A stretch of DNA of 61,824 nucleotides, counting the filler, from Bipalium vagum (taxonomy: Eukaryota), in the NCBI GenBank assembly GCA_037834085.1. It is 3 parts of 3 records of this genome, joined end to end, with 100 filler letters (N's around TTAATTAATTAA, not from the genome) between each part and the next. Parts side by side here need not be neighbours in the genome. Positions count along the whole stretch, not along the records: positions 1 to 17,581 come from JBBMKC010060686.1; positions 17,682 to 38,515 come from JBBMKC010245790.1; 1 more part is not named here. One strand, given 5' to 3'. Numbering within the stretch: the first letter of the stretch is position 1; every line of letters begins with the position of its first letter. This document shows, one piece after another, positions 14,330-28,500 of this stretch. Made by a program: the position numbers and the translations under genes. Below the pieces are notes generated by a model that had not been told where the DNA came from, did no database searches, and saw nothing but the letters and a program-made list of their open reading frames with translations.

Positions 14330-14920
14330 AAGAAAATAAATTTCATGGAGAGAAACTGAAAATCCAATTGATTGTAATAGTGTGGACCCTTTCGATGTTT
14401 TGATCTCTAGTAGAAAAAATTTTTTTCGAAATTAGTTGATAATTTTGTGATAACAAATCAACCTCGTCCAATAATGTGATTTGTCATTTTTGGTCTCAAA
14501 GCTCTATATTAATGTGAAAAATCGGATGTTGTGAATCTAGTGGGGTTCCGTGGTCCAATCCATTGAGTTGCTTACAAAAAAGTAAAGTCATTAAAGCTGA
14601 TCTATACAGTTCTTAGTTGTTCAACTTAAATAAAAAACTCAAACATCTAATGCACAGACGGAAGTTTTATTCCATAGCTGGATGTCCTGGTCTTATATTT
14701 ACTACTACAGCAAAATTAGTGAAAATTCGCTTAAAAGTCCTGCTTCATCCATCAAATACTCTAATCACTATTTTATTAGATTCTCGTTTTTTCAGGTCAC
14801 TGTAACATTTTTGAATGATTGGTCATTTATGGTTGATAAAAATACCTGACATACTTTTTTGTTTAAAGAGGGATTGGTTTGGTATTTAAAATAGTGTCAA
14901 AGGTCATGAAAAATGAGAAT
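14330..14920 (+). mobile_element. Heavily decayed mariner C-terminal fragment
   Basis: KVLLHPSNTLITILLDSRFFRSL aligns by eye to VLPHPPYSPDLAPSDYHLFRSL. Upstream it reads IKADLYSS-LFNLNKKLK. Confidence 0.55.
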
Positions 14921-15723
14921 TATAATAATGTATTGAGATACCCCGAGAAGAACAGCGCAAATCATCTCTGGCAGTTAACATAGTTTATGACTGAGTCATA
15001 TATTATCGTACCTCAAACCACTCTTCTGTTGAACTTATTTCTTTCTTGAATAAAAAGTAAGATGAGTCGGAAATGCTGTTCTAATCTTCAGTTTGATTAG
15101 ATTTCTCCATTCTGAAAATAAATTTAGTAGAACTTTGGTTGAACTTCGATATCACTGCTGGTCTTTTGTTAAGGTTAATTTAATATTTCTTATGTTATAC
15201 AATATTTTTTAGAATCCAGGCTTACAGTGATTTTTTTAATTATCGGAACGTTTTATGGGAGCGCAGCGATCTTAATAGCGACCACTTTCGTTAAATTTAA
15301 ATAATATACTATATAGTTACAAAAGTAAAGCTGAAAATCAATATTACTTTGAGATTAAATTAATCATTTAAAACAAAAACAACTGCTGTAGCTATTTCAA
15401 ATAAGATCCAAAAGTTTTTGTTAAGCAATTAAATTACCACAGAGTTTATTAAATATTATTTAAACAACGTTCGATTAATATTTCTTGGAATAAAATCATT
15501 ATTTAATTTTATTAGTTAAAAATAATGCAGAACTTGTTCACTAACCCATTTATAAAAATGTTTTTATTCTTAAATTTTATATAAGAATTCCACCAAAAAT
15601 ATAAGAATGTACTTGTCTGAATTCAAAATATAATGAGGTTGTAAGAATTAAATTTAATTGTTCATTTTATGTTCTACTTACACATGAATATCAGAACAGA
15701 ACCAAGGAGCGATAACATTACCT

Positions 15724-17079
15724 CTAACAAACGAAAGCCGGGTTATCGTAGACCTTGTTGAAAAAGCGCTTTGTGTCTGTGAAGCTGGTCAAATCGTCAC
15801 TTTTGGAGTCTGATTTGGATTTGTTCCCTGAGAGACTGTCGTCATTATCACTTTTCCCATCGCCGATCAATCTGGAGTCTGACGAAACGGACAAGATATC
15901 GAATATCTGTAACAGAGCACTGATTTGTTGATAGGTGAAGTTTTCCGGAATCATGCTGATCTGCATCACTGGACATATTTTCTCTCGCGTGCAGAACACT
16001 CGAAAAGAATCGCAATTTTCCAAATGATCTATGATCTCCCATCGATCGAAAATCAAGAAAAACATGGATTTGTAACATTTGTGCCAGTGATCCATGCACT
16101 GTTCTTCAATATCTCTTCCCACCAGATTGCCATTGTCGGGCGGGTTTTCTAACGTATCCATGTCCAGTTTCGACAGCTGATACAGCTTAATGGTGTCATC
16201 GGTCTGATCGGAAACGTATTCAGAGTTTTCTATTGCTATAATATTTCGATAGCCGTAAATGTCGGGACGATAAGAGTACGACGGTGAGCCTGACAGTGCA
16301 TAAAAGTGGGTACTGATCGTCAGATTGCTACAATCTTGACCTCCGACTCTATTGTGTCTCAAACCGCTTCTCGAGAACATGTCGCTGATGCGCCATGAAA
16401 ACTCAGTTCCTGGGCCGAGCTGAAGAGTCTTGACGACCTTGGAACCACTTTTTGGCAAAGGAATGTTAAGAAAAAAGATCGTAGGATTGAGTTGGCGAGA
16501 GTTCAGTTCTGTGATAAAGTTCATTCTGATAGCTTTGATGATGAGGTCGACAACAAATTTAACGACCTCCATCACAAGATTGACGTTCTTCAACATTCCG
16601 ATCTGATACTCGTATATCACACAGACGTGTTGGGCAAACTGTTGGATTTGATCACTGCGTTCGGATTCCGCTGTTTGAGTGTAGATGAGAAGAAGGCGAG
16701 ACAGTTGAAGGTCTTCGTATTTCAGATCGTTTGTCGGCACATGGAACTTCTTGACCGGAGTGGAACCCCTCGACGACCGTATCGGAGTGAATCTTCGCAT
16801 TATCGGTGAATTGGTCAAAGATCGACACCAGTTCGGCTTGTGGATCGAAGTCAGCTGTTTCGCGGGCGACGAAAGCTTGTAGTTTTGTGGAAGACAATTC
16901 GCGTCGATCTTCAAATAGGGGTTGGTAGGAAAGATTTTACTTTTGTACAATTTCGACTGGAGAGTTTCTTCAAAAATTGAGCACAGTTGCTTCACAAACC
17001 ATTTTATATTGCGAAGAATTTGGTGGCGGTTTGCACATTTGAGACTGGAAATGTCAGAAGACATCACTGTCAAGATCAA
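15724..17079 (-). CDS. Uncharacterised protein (451-codon uninterrupted ORF; true start or upstream exons uncertain)
   Basis: A long stop-free ORF that is markedly more GC-rich than its flanks. It has an S/P/R-rich linker (SPIMRRFTPIRSSRGSTP) and an acidic/Ser C-terminal part. I do not recognise the family. The first in-frame ATG is 5 codons after the TTG used by the ORF track. Confidence 0.7.
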   Translation of the reverse strand: MILTVMSSDISSLKCANRHQILRNIKWFVKQLCSIFEETLQSKLYKSKIFPTNPYLKIDANCLPQNYKLSSPAKQLTSIHKPNWCRSLTNSPIMRRFTPIRSSRGSTPVKKFHVPTNDLKYEDLQLSRLLLIYTQTAESERSDQIQQFAQHVCVIYEYQIGMLKNVNLVMEVVKFVVDLIIKAIRMNFITELNSRQLNPTIFFLNIPLPKSGSKVVKTLQLGPGTEFSWRISDMFSRSGLRHNRVGGQDCSNLTISTHFYALSGSPSYSYRPDIYGYRNIIAIENSEYVSDQTDDTIKLYQLSKLDMDTLENPPDNGNLVGRDIEEQCMDHWHKCYKSMFFLIFDRWEIIDHLENCDSFRVFCTREKICPVMQISMIPENFTYQQISALLQIFDILSVSSDSRLIGDGKSDNDDSLSGNKSKSDSKSDDLTSFTDTKRFFNKVYDNPAFVC

Positions 17080-17581
17080 GGATGAACGGGCTTCAAATCA
17101 GAGAGACATTCGCAAATTGTGACACGAAACCTCACTTTGTCAATGGTAATGATGAGAACACTCTGAAACCAAAGAAAGGGTTCAATAATATTATTTTGGA
17201 AAAATTTCGGTAATTATCGGGGGAAGACGTTATTACCAACATTGATCTTATCTCAACAGGTTTGGTGGTAAGTAAACCATTAATGTGTGACTTACGATCA
17301 ATAGTAAAAGGAAAAAAGAAAGAATTATTACTGAAATACATTAATATAATAAAGGAGGTTGAACATTATGAACTAGGATTTTACAAGTCATGTATAAAAT
17401 AGATTTGTCCAGCTTTGCTTTCATGTTTCTATGACAGAAATAAAGAGCTTTGATGTCAGAAAATAATTCTTACCCGTCATGGAAAATATTAACATTAATT
17501 AATATTTTAATTTAATTAAAATTATAAATATTTTTCGTTCGATAAATTATGAGTAAAGATAATAATAGTAAAATTAAAATT

Positions 17582-17681
17582 NNNNNNNNNNNNNNNNNNN
17601 NNNNNNNNNNNNNNNNNNNNNNNNNTTAATTAATTAANNNNNNNNNNNNNNNNNNNNNNNNNNNNNNNNNNNNNNNNNNNN
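17582..17681. other. Artificial contig linker (44 N + TTAATTAATTAA + 44 N)
   Basis: It is exactly 100 nt. The central 12-mer has stops in all six frames, and the same structure recurs at 38516. Confidence 0.92.
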
Positions 17682-17745
<64 letters not shown>

Positions 17746-17757
17746 TAATAATAATAT
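17682..17757. repeat. (AAT)n microsatellite at a contig end
   Basis: Direct inspection. Confidence 0.9.
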
Positions 17758-19505
17758 TCAGAAGAGTATTGGTTTAATTTTGGAATTTGTTAAAAGAATA
17801 CTGATTTAAAAATTTTTGGAAGTTTCAGAAAAGTATCAGTTATTGAAAGAATTTTAGGGAAAATTTTCTTTAAATCTCAACCAGGTTCCAATTTTTTCAT
17901 TACTTTTATGCAACATGATTCGATGGGTCCTGTGTGGTTCGGTCGTTTTCGAGCGAACCGATTTGGCTCATCAAACGACCCAATGATCAATAGCCAACAG
18001 CAGTGAGACGTTGATAATTTTAATTTTTTTCTTTTTCATATTTTTTATTAAAACAAATATTAAAATTTTTTCATTAAATTATTTGTAATAAAGTACGACC
18101 TATTAAGTGTATGTTATATTGATTTATTTGAATATATAATCAAATTATTTTCATTGTGCTCACTGTTCTCATTTGGGAATGTTGTGGCAGTGACTGATTT
18201 TGAGTAATTGTTGATTGAACTGTTTTAATTCAATTATGTTGGGAGCGAACACGTTAATAACAATAGTGAAGGGGTTAGTAAACGTTACGAGCCATAGCTT
18301 ACGGACAAATAAGTAAAAGTAAGAGTATTGGAAAAAAATTGTCAAAGTGTACGATATATTATTTGTTTGAAGAAAAAACAGTCCATTGTAACCAAAGCAA
18401 AAGAAATCTTGTTAAATTACCTGATTGAAAATTTAATATTTGGATCAATAATTTTTCTGAAAAATTACAGATATTAAAAAATAGAACTGAAATTCGGCAT
18501 CATGCTTAAGATAAATCAAGTTTCCTACTTTGTGGAAATGATCTTTCTTAATATCTCGGATATAGTTTTATGACACTGATCTTTCGTTCAACCATATTTA
18601 CCTGTAATCCACATCTGTGGTTTTTCTCTTAATTTCTTTTGATGATTTAAATCCAGCTCACTTTCCCAATTAGTTGGTTAATAATGCAATGACATCGAAG
18701 GGTAAAAAAGACCAATTTCAGGCAGAACTCTGATTTTTATAGGAAGAATTTTCCAAAACCGGAACCAAATACTGCAGACAGATACGTACAATATCCAAAG
18801 TTGCTTAACAACGAATTAGTCTTATATTAGGGAATTTTTTTTTAATTAAATAGAATACGTGTTATAGAATACAAGACAAGAGTACTAATAACCCTAATCA
18901 AGAACAAAAATTCGAAATTTAACTCATTTAAATTAGAAAAAAGTTTTACCACGAAATACAATTTGAAAGATAAAATTTTGAAATAATTACCAAAATTTTT
19001 AAGTTTTCATTATTGATTTTCAATATTATGAAAAATACTGTAATTTTTGGAAATCCCAAAATTCCCTCTTAATTATTAAATTTTTTTATTGAAATTCGTA
19101 TTTTCAAACATGAAAATAAAATCGAATATCGTATTTTTTTTAAATAGCCAAGTTAAGATGAGAAATGTACGATAAAATTTGAATTTATCCTTAATTTCTT
19201 GTTACTAATTTTAAATTTTAATTTTTTATCAATTTAAATTTAGACAAGAAATTAAATTAAAATTGAATTTTTGTTTTGATTTTTTTTTCAAGATATTTTT
19301 TAACAAGAAACCGAAAAGATATTTCTAAACGACAAAAATAAATTAAGTTCAATGACAAAATCAATAAACATCAAATCAGAATGAAGATTGACAACAATAA
19401 GATTTTAATATATACATGGCCACTTGAGGATAAAAGACATTGCGTAGAGTGTCAGTTCCAGTGCCAGGTTGATGACTAGAGCGTTGACAAGAAAAACACC
19501 CAACC

Positions 19506-22500
19506 TCAGATCGCATTGTAAACGAAAACGCTGACCGAAAACCATGCCAAATGCACTGTCAGCGTAAATAAACTCAGAATGGATCCTTTAGAATTTGTAT
19601 TGCCAATCATTTTGCCATTGGAATCATAATCCATAATTCTCGGAATCCATATCTCGTTCGGAATATCTCCGGGCAGTTCATTTGTGAACACAAGTGTTGT
19701 GGTTGACGGGTTTTCTGGAGTCGTTTTTCGTGGCAAATAAACGGTTGGCGTGTTAGATTGAAATCCAGTTGATGTTTCAGAGCTTTCGTCATCAGGAGAC
19801 TGGCCACTTCCTTCCGGCAGTTCTGGTTCTTTATGACGATTATTATTATTACTGTTTTTTTTATATTTATTAACATCAATGGTTGACATCGTTGTGGTTG
19901 TATATATCTTTATGGGTCTTGTGGATTGCTCACTATCTTCAGACCCGCTTCCCTGAAAATGTTAAAAAACCCATATTTTAATTATTCCAAAAGAGCGACA
20001 TCAATAGGAAAAGTTTTATGAAATTGCAGATATTATCGAATAAATTATGATTTGTGAGACAAGATTTTTCAAATAACCTTCCTAAAATTAAAACAAATGA
20101 CTAATTAATTCAGTTTATTAGTTTTCCATGTTAAATAACTGTTCATTTTAAATTGACTTAATTTTTAAAAAATAATTTGTTTAATAAAAAAAATAATATT
20201 TCAAATAGTTTTTATTTTAATTTTAAAAAGACGAAAAAATTTTAATTTCTTAGAAAAAATCTTATTAAAGGTGAGACTTAATTTCTTGCAAAACTTGATT
20301 TTCTTTTCCGCAAGACATTTATAGAAATATTTTGTTAAAAAATAATTTATAACTTATTACTGCTAAAAGTTCTATTTGAAATTGTGAATTAGATGTTTAG
20401 TAAATCTTAATATATCATATGTAGAGATTTTATATATCATTACTATTAACTTTGTATTAAAAATCCTTTCCAAATGTATTTATGTAATTCCTTACTACAG
20501 ATTTTAAAATCACAATAAAATTTAAGCAATGAAACTCATTTTTAATTTTGGATCTAAAACCCAAAACAATCTTTCCTATTGAATAAGTCAAATAAATAAA
20601 AATACTATCAATAGAGAGCTGAAAGAACTAAGCTCTCAGTATGAACACACTATATAAGGTAATTAAAATCATCTCAACAATTTCTCAATTTAAAATCAAT
20701 TAATCGAAATTTAAAAACAAAACAATGACATGTATTTCAAAAATAAGCAATACAAAAACGAAAAATTCATTTTCAAATCGTTAAATTTCAACAGATCACA
20801 CCTTACACAAAATTGCAAAAGGAATGTCCATGTATTGTAAAAAGTATAACGATAACCATATTACAGTTTTGATCTTGATTGACAAAAAAATTTGATAAAT
20901 AAAAACTTTAAATGTTTTAAAATAATTGTATTGATTATTATAATTATAATTATTTATTATAATTATAATTGATAACTATGATTATTATTAGTTTTTATTA
21001 TTGATTTTTTTATTATAATTCTTATTAGTTTTTATTATTGATCATCATTGTTTCAACAATAATGATGAAATTAAAATGAATTTAACTAAAAAAAAGGGTG
21101 ATAAAAAAATAATAAAGTCTGAGATTTCTTGAAAATAAATCGATCGATAATAATCAATCCGATACATTACAGAAATATAATGATTTTAATCAAAGCTAAC
21201 AGTGAATTAATGATTACTTCGATAGACGGATCGGACCCTTTCTCTGGCTTTTTCGAATTGTCTTTATCATTTTCGTTTTGATTTTGAGCCAGGTCCTCGT
21301 CGTCCGTAATCACGGGCTTCTGACTGGAGCCACCTTTTGGCTTTTGAGAGCTCTTTTCGTTTGTCGTCGGTATTTGTGGAAAGGACGGACGATCTTTAGG
21401 ATTTTCTTTTTTCCCTTTTTCAAGGTTACTGCCATTCTTATTCTTGTCTTGTTCCTTTTTGGTACCACTGCCTTCTTCAATGACCTCTGGTGGCTTCGTT
21501 GTCAAAGGTATGCGATTTTCTTCTTTGTTATTTTCCGCATTTCCATTTGACATTTCCATGTCACCACCGCTACCGCTACCTTCAATAGACTGAGGAAAAC
21601 CAATAACTACTCTTTCAATAAATCAATAAATTTTCACACCTCTGAACCTCTGGACGATTTCGATTTGGACGCTTCGAACTTGTTCACGTGTTTCACGTAA
21701 TTGATTTTGAACGTTTCGGGATCTTTGACAGAGCCAGTGACCAAATTATTGAGAGTCGTTGCGATTTCATTCATTCTCAAAATCAATTTCTGAACCAATG
21801 GATCGATTTTAGCCAACTTGTTTTGTGATTTGGCTTTTGATTCTGGTTTGAAACTGGAAAACCAATAATAATTATATATGTATTTAGTGAACATAAAAAA
21901 TAAAATTAATAAATATCGATTAAGTTAAATTACGTTCTCATTCTTGACCCAAGAGAACATTTTTATATAATTTCTATTTTATTTTCTTAAATCGGTAGAT
22001 TTTTAATGATACAAAAGAAATTTGTGAATCATTCTATTTTTTCTCAAAAAACCTTTTATCACGCTATTTTTTCATTTTTAATGGAACTCAATGTCAACAT
22101 TGAAAATATTGAACAAGTGGTTCAGATGATTATGCGATTTAATTCATTTTGATTTATGTTTTTGCATACCATCCAAAAGTAATCACAAAGTCTCTTTGGA
22201 AAAAGATTAAGGAATTATGTCACGATTATTTGATTTTTAAGCTGTCTCTGTTTATTGAGAAATATTGCGCAATAGTCTTAATCAGTAAGAACGAAGATTT
22301 TATTTTCGAATTTCAATAATAACAATAGCTGATTTTAAGAGTTTATCGTTTTGAAATACATAAATCTTCTGCCTTACTTCAAAGTTGTTTCTAATCCGTT
22401 CCAACATTTCTTTCCAGGTTTCGGAAGATTATATTTCTCAGAACAAATGGTATTTTTGTGCTTCTGTAAATGCTGACTCATTCCTTGTATCTAATTGTCA

Positions 22501-22507
22501 TAATAAC

Positions 22508-22550
<43 letters not shown>

Positions 22551-25500
22551 CAGTAATATTTATGTAACAATATAATAATAACAAAATTCAAATATTAATA
22601 AAACAATAAATAAGAATAAATATTCAATAATAATAATTTAAATTGATACTAAGAAAAACAATTAATAAAAATAAATCATTAAAATAATAAATATTATCAA
22701 TAATAATAATGAATTAATTATATCAATTATGAATTAAACAAATGAAAAATCTATTTATATTAAAAACTAATAATATTAATGAAAATAAATTCAATGATTA
22801 ATTATAAAAAAAATTAATGGTTATTGTAATTTTTCAAAAGTTAAAGATTATATATTAAAATAAATTTTAAATTTAAAATTTCGAAAAAAAATTATAGATA
22901 ATCTAACACAATTGAAATAATTTTCCCATAAATTTTACAAGGTAACTGATCTGAAATTCTTCCAAGAACTAGTAGATACCGTTAGGACTTCAAACAGTCA
23001 AAAAGAAAACAAGAGGTTGAGAGTCAAAATCGATGTCTCCTTCTCCTTCTTCTTCTCCTCCTCCTCCTCCCCCACAACCAACGGAAAACTGTCACAATAT
23101 TATTCATTGATTGTGATGGAATGTGCAAAAATAACACTTCATTTCTAAATCCACCGTATCGACGACAGTTGCCAAACAATGACCGATCGTTTCTCTTGCA
23201 TTATTTTTGCACAACATTCTGTGGAGGTGGATATGGTGGTGGTGGCGTTGGTGGCGGTGATGGTAATGATGACACTTCATAGAATTATTAATTTTCAATG
23301 TGTCTCGAAAGAGAAGTCTGAAAATCCAAGAGAAAGAATTTCCGCCACAAAACATGCAAAAATTAATGTTGTGAAATTAAATATGATTTTATTGGCTACT
23401 ATTAAAAGTTTTATTGGATTTTCTAAGTTTAAAAACCAATCTTTAATTCTTAAAATTTTCGTTTATCTATTTAATATTCATTTTAAATCAATATTCAGAA
23501 TTTAAATAAAATTTCTTATAAATAATTAATAAAAAATCAATTAATATATGATTTTCAATTGTGAAATAAAAAAAGTAGAAAATTTTGAAAATAAACTTTA
23601 TACTTTCTTTATTCGGATTATGAAAAGATGTATTACCTTTGTGGAAAATTTATCGATTAATGGCGACAAGTTGACGGTTTTTGGCATCATATTGACTTGG
23701 TGCTTCGACAAACTTTGAAAATATTGATTGTAATTTCCATCCACAGAACGACGTTGACGAAGCGATTTGACTTTACAGTTCTCCCAAACCTAATAAAAAA
23801 TTCGATAAATAATAATAATTATCAATATTATTTATAATAAATAATAATAGTTATAAAATATATTTTAATAATAAAAATGTATAACCACAAAAATATTTTA
23901 AAAATTACCAAGTCTAAAATTTTATAAATGAATAATAAGAATGATAGTTATTAATAATAAAATTATATTATTTAAAAAGAGTAATCTTAATATTTAATTC
24001 AAGTCGATAATAATAATTAAGAAAACCAAAAATTAAAATGATGAAAATAATTATTATTAATAATAACGAAACCATATATTCGTAATTAAGTTGATCATAA
24101 TAAATAAATTAATAATTATCATTATTAACAAAAAATTCATATTAAAATAAATATCAAAAATTAATAATTATAAAGCCATATAACTAATAATTTGGAAATA
24201 AAAATTCATTAAATTAAAAAAAATTAATAAAATATAATTTTTAAATAAAACTAATAATTAACAGCGAAGCAGTATAATGATAATTAAATTGGTTACAATA
24301 AATTATAGATAAAAGAAAATAAATAATAAAAATAACAAAAGTGAAAATCCAGTGATAATAACAAAAATAAAAAAAAAACTTAATCAAAAATGATTGAGTT
24401 ATTGATTTAAAGCCAGAAAATGTTATTTGAAAAAAGATGAAATAAACACACACAAGCTTCGTTGATAATTGGAAAAAATGAGACCACACCAGAGTGATGG
24501 CTGAAAGTCTGCAAACTCCAGACGACAACCCAGAAACATTATTATTATAATTATTACTATTTTCCCTCCAGTGCGTTAGCAATAAGAAACAACAGCTGGC
24601 CAGAAGTTTCGCGGAATCAACAATTGCTCTATGTCAATCTATTTTACAGCGCCGCCTATACAGATCGGCTCACCTCAACGTCTCCAATACCAATGTAGTT
24701 ATTATTAGTAGTAGCAGCAACAGCAGAAGTAGTGCATCTTGAAAAGAAATTAATATTACCAGAAAATAAATCTATCTTTCGGGAAGGGTAATTTTTCTAA
24801 TTTTAATTTATTTCCAGCGAGTTTTATTGCCAAAAAATCAGACATTAAAAATGTTTCGGCATCGATTCTCGATTTGTTTCATTTAAATTAATTGTAAGAA
24901 AAAGGAAGCCAAGCCTATGAAAAATCACTTCAAAACAACCGTTCCATGCGGTAATATTCCGCGAATGTCATACCAGAAAGATACATCACACATGAAAATA
25001 AATGGCTCATCGTTGCCACAGTAAAGATTCAAAAAATCGCATAAAGTCTATTCATAGATTTAATACAATAAACTTTTTTTACTCTATTGATTTTTTATAT
25101 TGACCAACACAAGATTTCAGTAATTAAAGGTAATAAAAAGATAAAATCAATAAAATGATGGGTCGATGTGAAAGTTCTAATCGTATTAAATAATAATTAT
25201 GATAAAAATATTTGAGCCTGTGTTCAAGGAAAATCAATATATATTAAAATATAAAATACAATAAAAAAATATATTATTAATTTCTTTATTTGATACTATA
25301 AATATTACATTACTATTATCAATATTGAGAGATAAATTGAATTTGTGTATTATTTTGTGTAATTAAATATAATTATTTCAACAATATTGTTGATTATTTA
25401 TTATTTTTTATAATTATTAATTGTTTTATTAACGCCATAAATATTAAAATTTGTTGTTTATTATTATAATTTCACTATATTATTGTTTGCTGATCATTAT

Positions 25501-28500
25501 TTATTATTTTTTTCTTTATTAATAAAATTATTATCAAATTTAGTTTTTTTAATATTAATATTAACTACAGTAGATATTCAATTTCAAAAATTTATTCTTA
25601 TTTATAATTTATTAAGTATATTCCGTCAAAGTCATTAAAATCAAAGATGAAAATCGAAACAAATGACAACAAAAAATATTTAATATTATCCTGCAAACAT
25701 TAATCGTCGTAGTAAAACGGTGAACTCTATGATTTATTTAAAAAACAAAAAATCGATTAATTATGATACAAAAAAATCTCAAAACAAATGACCACTTTGT
25801 TAAGCTAGAAGATGTATTGTACATGTGGATAGTTTCGGCAAGAAATCGAAATGTTAAAATAAATATTGATTTTCTATAAACAAAACCAAGATATTTCGGC
25901 GCGACTGAATGGATACAAAAATCTATGAAAAGATATTCGATAAAACAAGAAGTTACGTGGTAGTTCCGCAAAAAATGATAATGATATGATTGAAAATGAA
26001 AGATTGAAGCTTTTTGATGTTTAAACGTATATAATCCTGAAGAAAATTTTTAATATTGAGTAGTGAGCTCTTATGGACCAATATATACCAAGCAAAAAGT
26101 ATTGTAATAAATCAAAATGTTCAAACGCAAAAGAATCCAAAAACAGAGTAACTCGTGATATTATATTGAGTATTTGTAATGTGTTTTGCTTTAATTAGTT
26201 AGTTATTATTATTAGTTGAAAACTAATCGGAGATACAGTGATTCAAACCCGGGACCCTTCACATGTGTCTGACCACTGAGCTACACCCCCGATTANNNNN
26301 NNNNNNNNNNNNNNNNNNNNNNNNNNNNNNNNNNNNNNNNNNNNNNNNNNNNNNNNNNNNNNNNNNNNNNNNNNNNNNNNNNNNNNNNNNNNNNNNNNNN
26401 NNNNNNNNNNNNNNNNNNNNNNNNNNNNNNNNNNNNNNNTATTATCATCATTATTATTGTTTTATTTATATTTTAATTCTAACCATTGTGCAATCAACTC
26501 CCAGACGACCTCCAGAGAAATCGGAAATGTTCACAGAAACATTATATTTTATATTTTATTACCCTTCATGACAGCGATAAGTTTCGACAAACGTAACTGT
26601 TTTGCCAAAAATCATCATCGCCACATCATTACCACGACCACCACACCAGCACAAATGTCACCATGGGGACGGGGAAAATTACCACAGTGACAGAAAAACG
26701 AAAAATATGATTGTAAAATTACCTTTTTCTGATTAGAAGTGAAAATATTGTGCACATTCATGATGGCATCGGAAATTTTGACATGAAGATTCTTGTTCAT
26801 TTCCACATAATTGAAAGGATGCTTCAAAAGCTTGCCGATTTTTTCCAATGTGCCTGGTAAAACAAAAAATAAAAAAACAAACGATTATTAGAGAATAGGG
26901 GAAGGTCATTTTCCAGTGCCAAAACGATCTTACCAGATAACTTTTTCCATGCTTTGCTCAGTTTGTTCATTTCTTTTCCATTCAGAGAACCGAAACATTT
27001 CCCATAAAATGATTTGCAGAGGCCTTCACATGGCATGGTTTCCGTTGCCGAACACAGTGGACAATGGAAAACTTGAGCAAAACGTTGTATGCATTCTGTG
27101 GATGGTGTCATCTGAAGGGGAAAATTGGAAATGTAAAAGAAAATTTGAGATCAGATGGAAAAAGAAAGATATAGTCTGAAACGGAGAATAATCAGTTCGA
27201 AAAAGAAATTTTAAGTGTATAAAACTCGTGGATTATGGGAGGAAATTTGATGGATTTTTATTAGGGCTAAATAAAACACAATATATGAAATTCGAAAAAT
27301 AACTTAAATAAAAATAGTATTTTAAATTTTTACCTTAATGATAATATTATAATTTTAAATATAAATTAATAATAAATTTAAATAAATAATTATTATTAAA
27401 TAAATAATTTTATAATTATTAAAAAATAGAATAATTATATTTAATTTTTAAAATTAAAATTTTTATTTTTTTAATAATAAAAATGAGAATAATCACAATT
27501 ATAAAAAACTATAAATATTCAATAAATAATAATAATAATCGATAATCATAATTGACATTGGTAATTTAACCCAAAACCCATCTGATATTATTTTAAATCA
27601 TTTTAATGATAATATTATTAAATATATAGTTCATAATTTTAAATATATATTTAATGATATTAAATTAACAATTTCTTATTATTAATAAACATAACTATGA
27701 AGAAAAATGAACATTAAAATAATAAAATGTAATAATAATTAAAAAATGGATAATAATTATTATAATCGGTAAATTTTAAATATATTTCAATTTCATAAAT
27801 ATTTAAAAATAATTATATATTTACTACAACTTTGAAAAAATTTAGAATAAACTTCAGAATTTCATAATAATTTTCAATACGTGGTGTAAAAATTAAAGTT
27901 GAAATTTCATTTGACTATCCCATTTATAAGTTGTTTTAATGATTTATTTCAAGGATAATAAATGTGGATTTCAATTTTAATTATGATTTATGAGACATTA
28001 AGAAATATTTTGTTCTGTTTTAAAAAATGGTGCATTTTTTTCGTTTTTGAATAAAATTTCAAAAAAACTTGTTAAAATTTGGATTATTCTGCATTATAAA
28101 TTTTTAATATATTAAATATAATAATTTAAATCTTGAAATTATAATTTAAAACAAACATTAAATGCAAATGTTAAATCATAATAGATCAAAAAAAAATAAT
28201 ATTTATTATTTTGAGACAATCAAATTTCCTTTTAAAAAATAATATCGAAAGTTTTCCTGAATTAATATTATTATTAAAATAATTATTTGAACTTTAATGT
28301 GCATAAAATAATCTTTAAATAAATAAAAAATAATAATAATTATTAATTATTTTCATACTAATAATATTATTTTGTAATCCTAATTGCATTAATAGAGAGT
28401 AATAAGATAATGAATAAATATATTAAAATTAAAAAATTATTCTTTTTCAATAAATTTTAAAATTATTCTTTTCTTTCGTGTAACGATAAAAAAAATAAAA

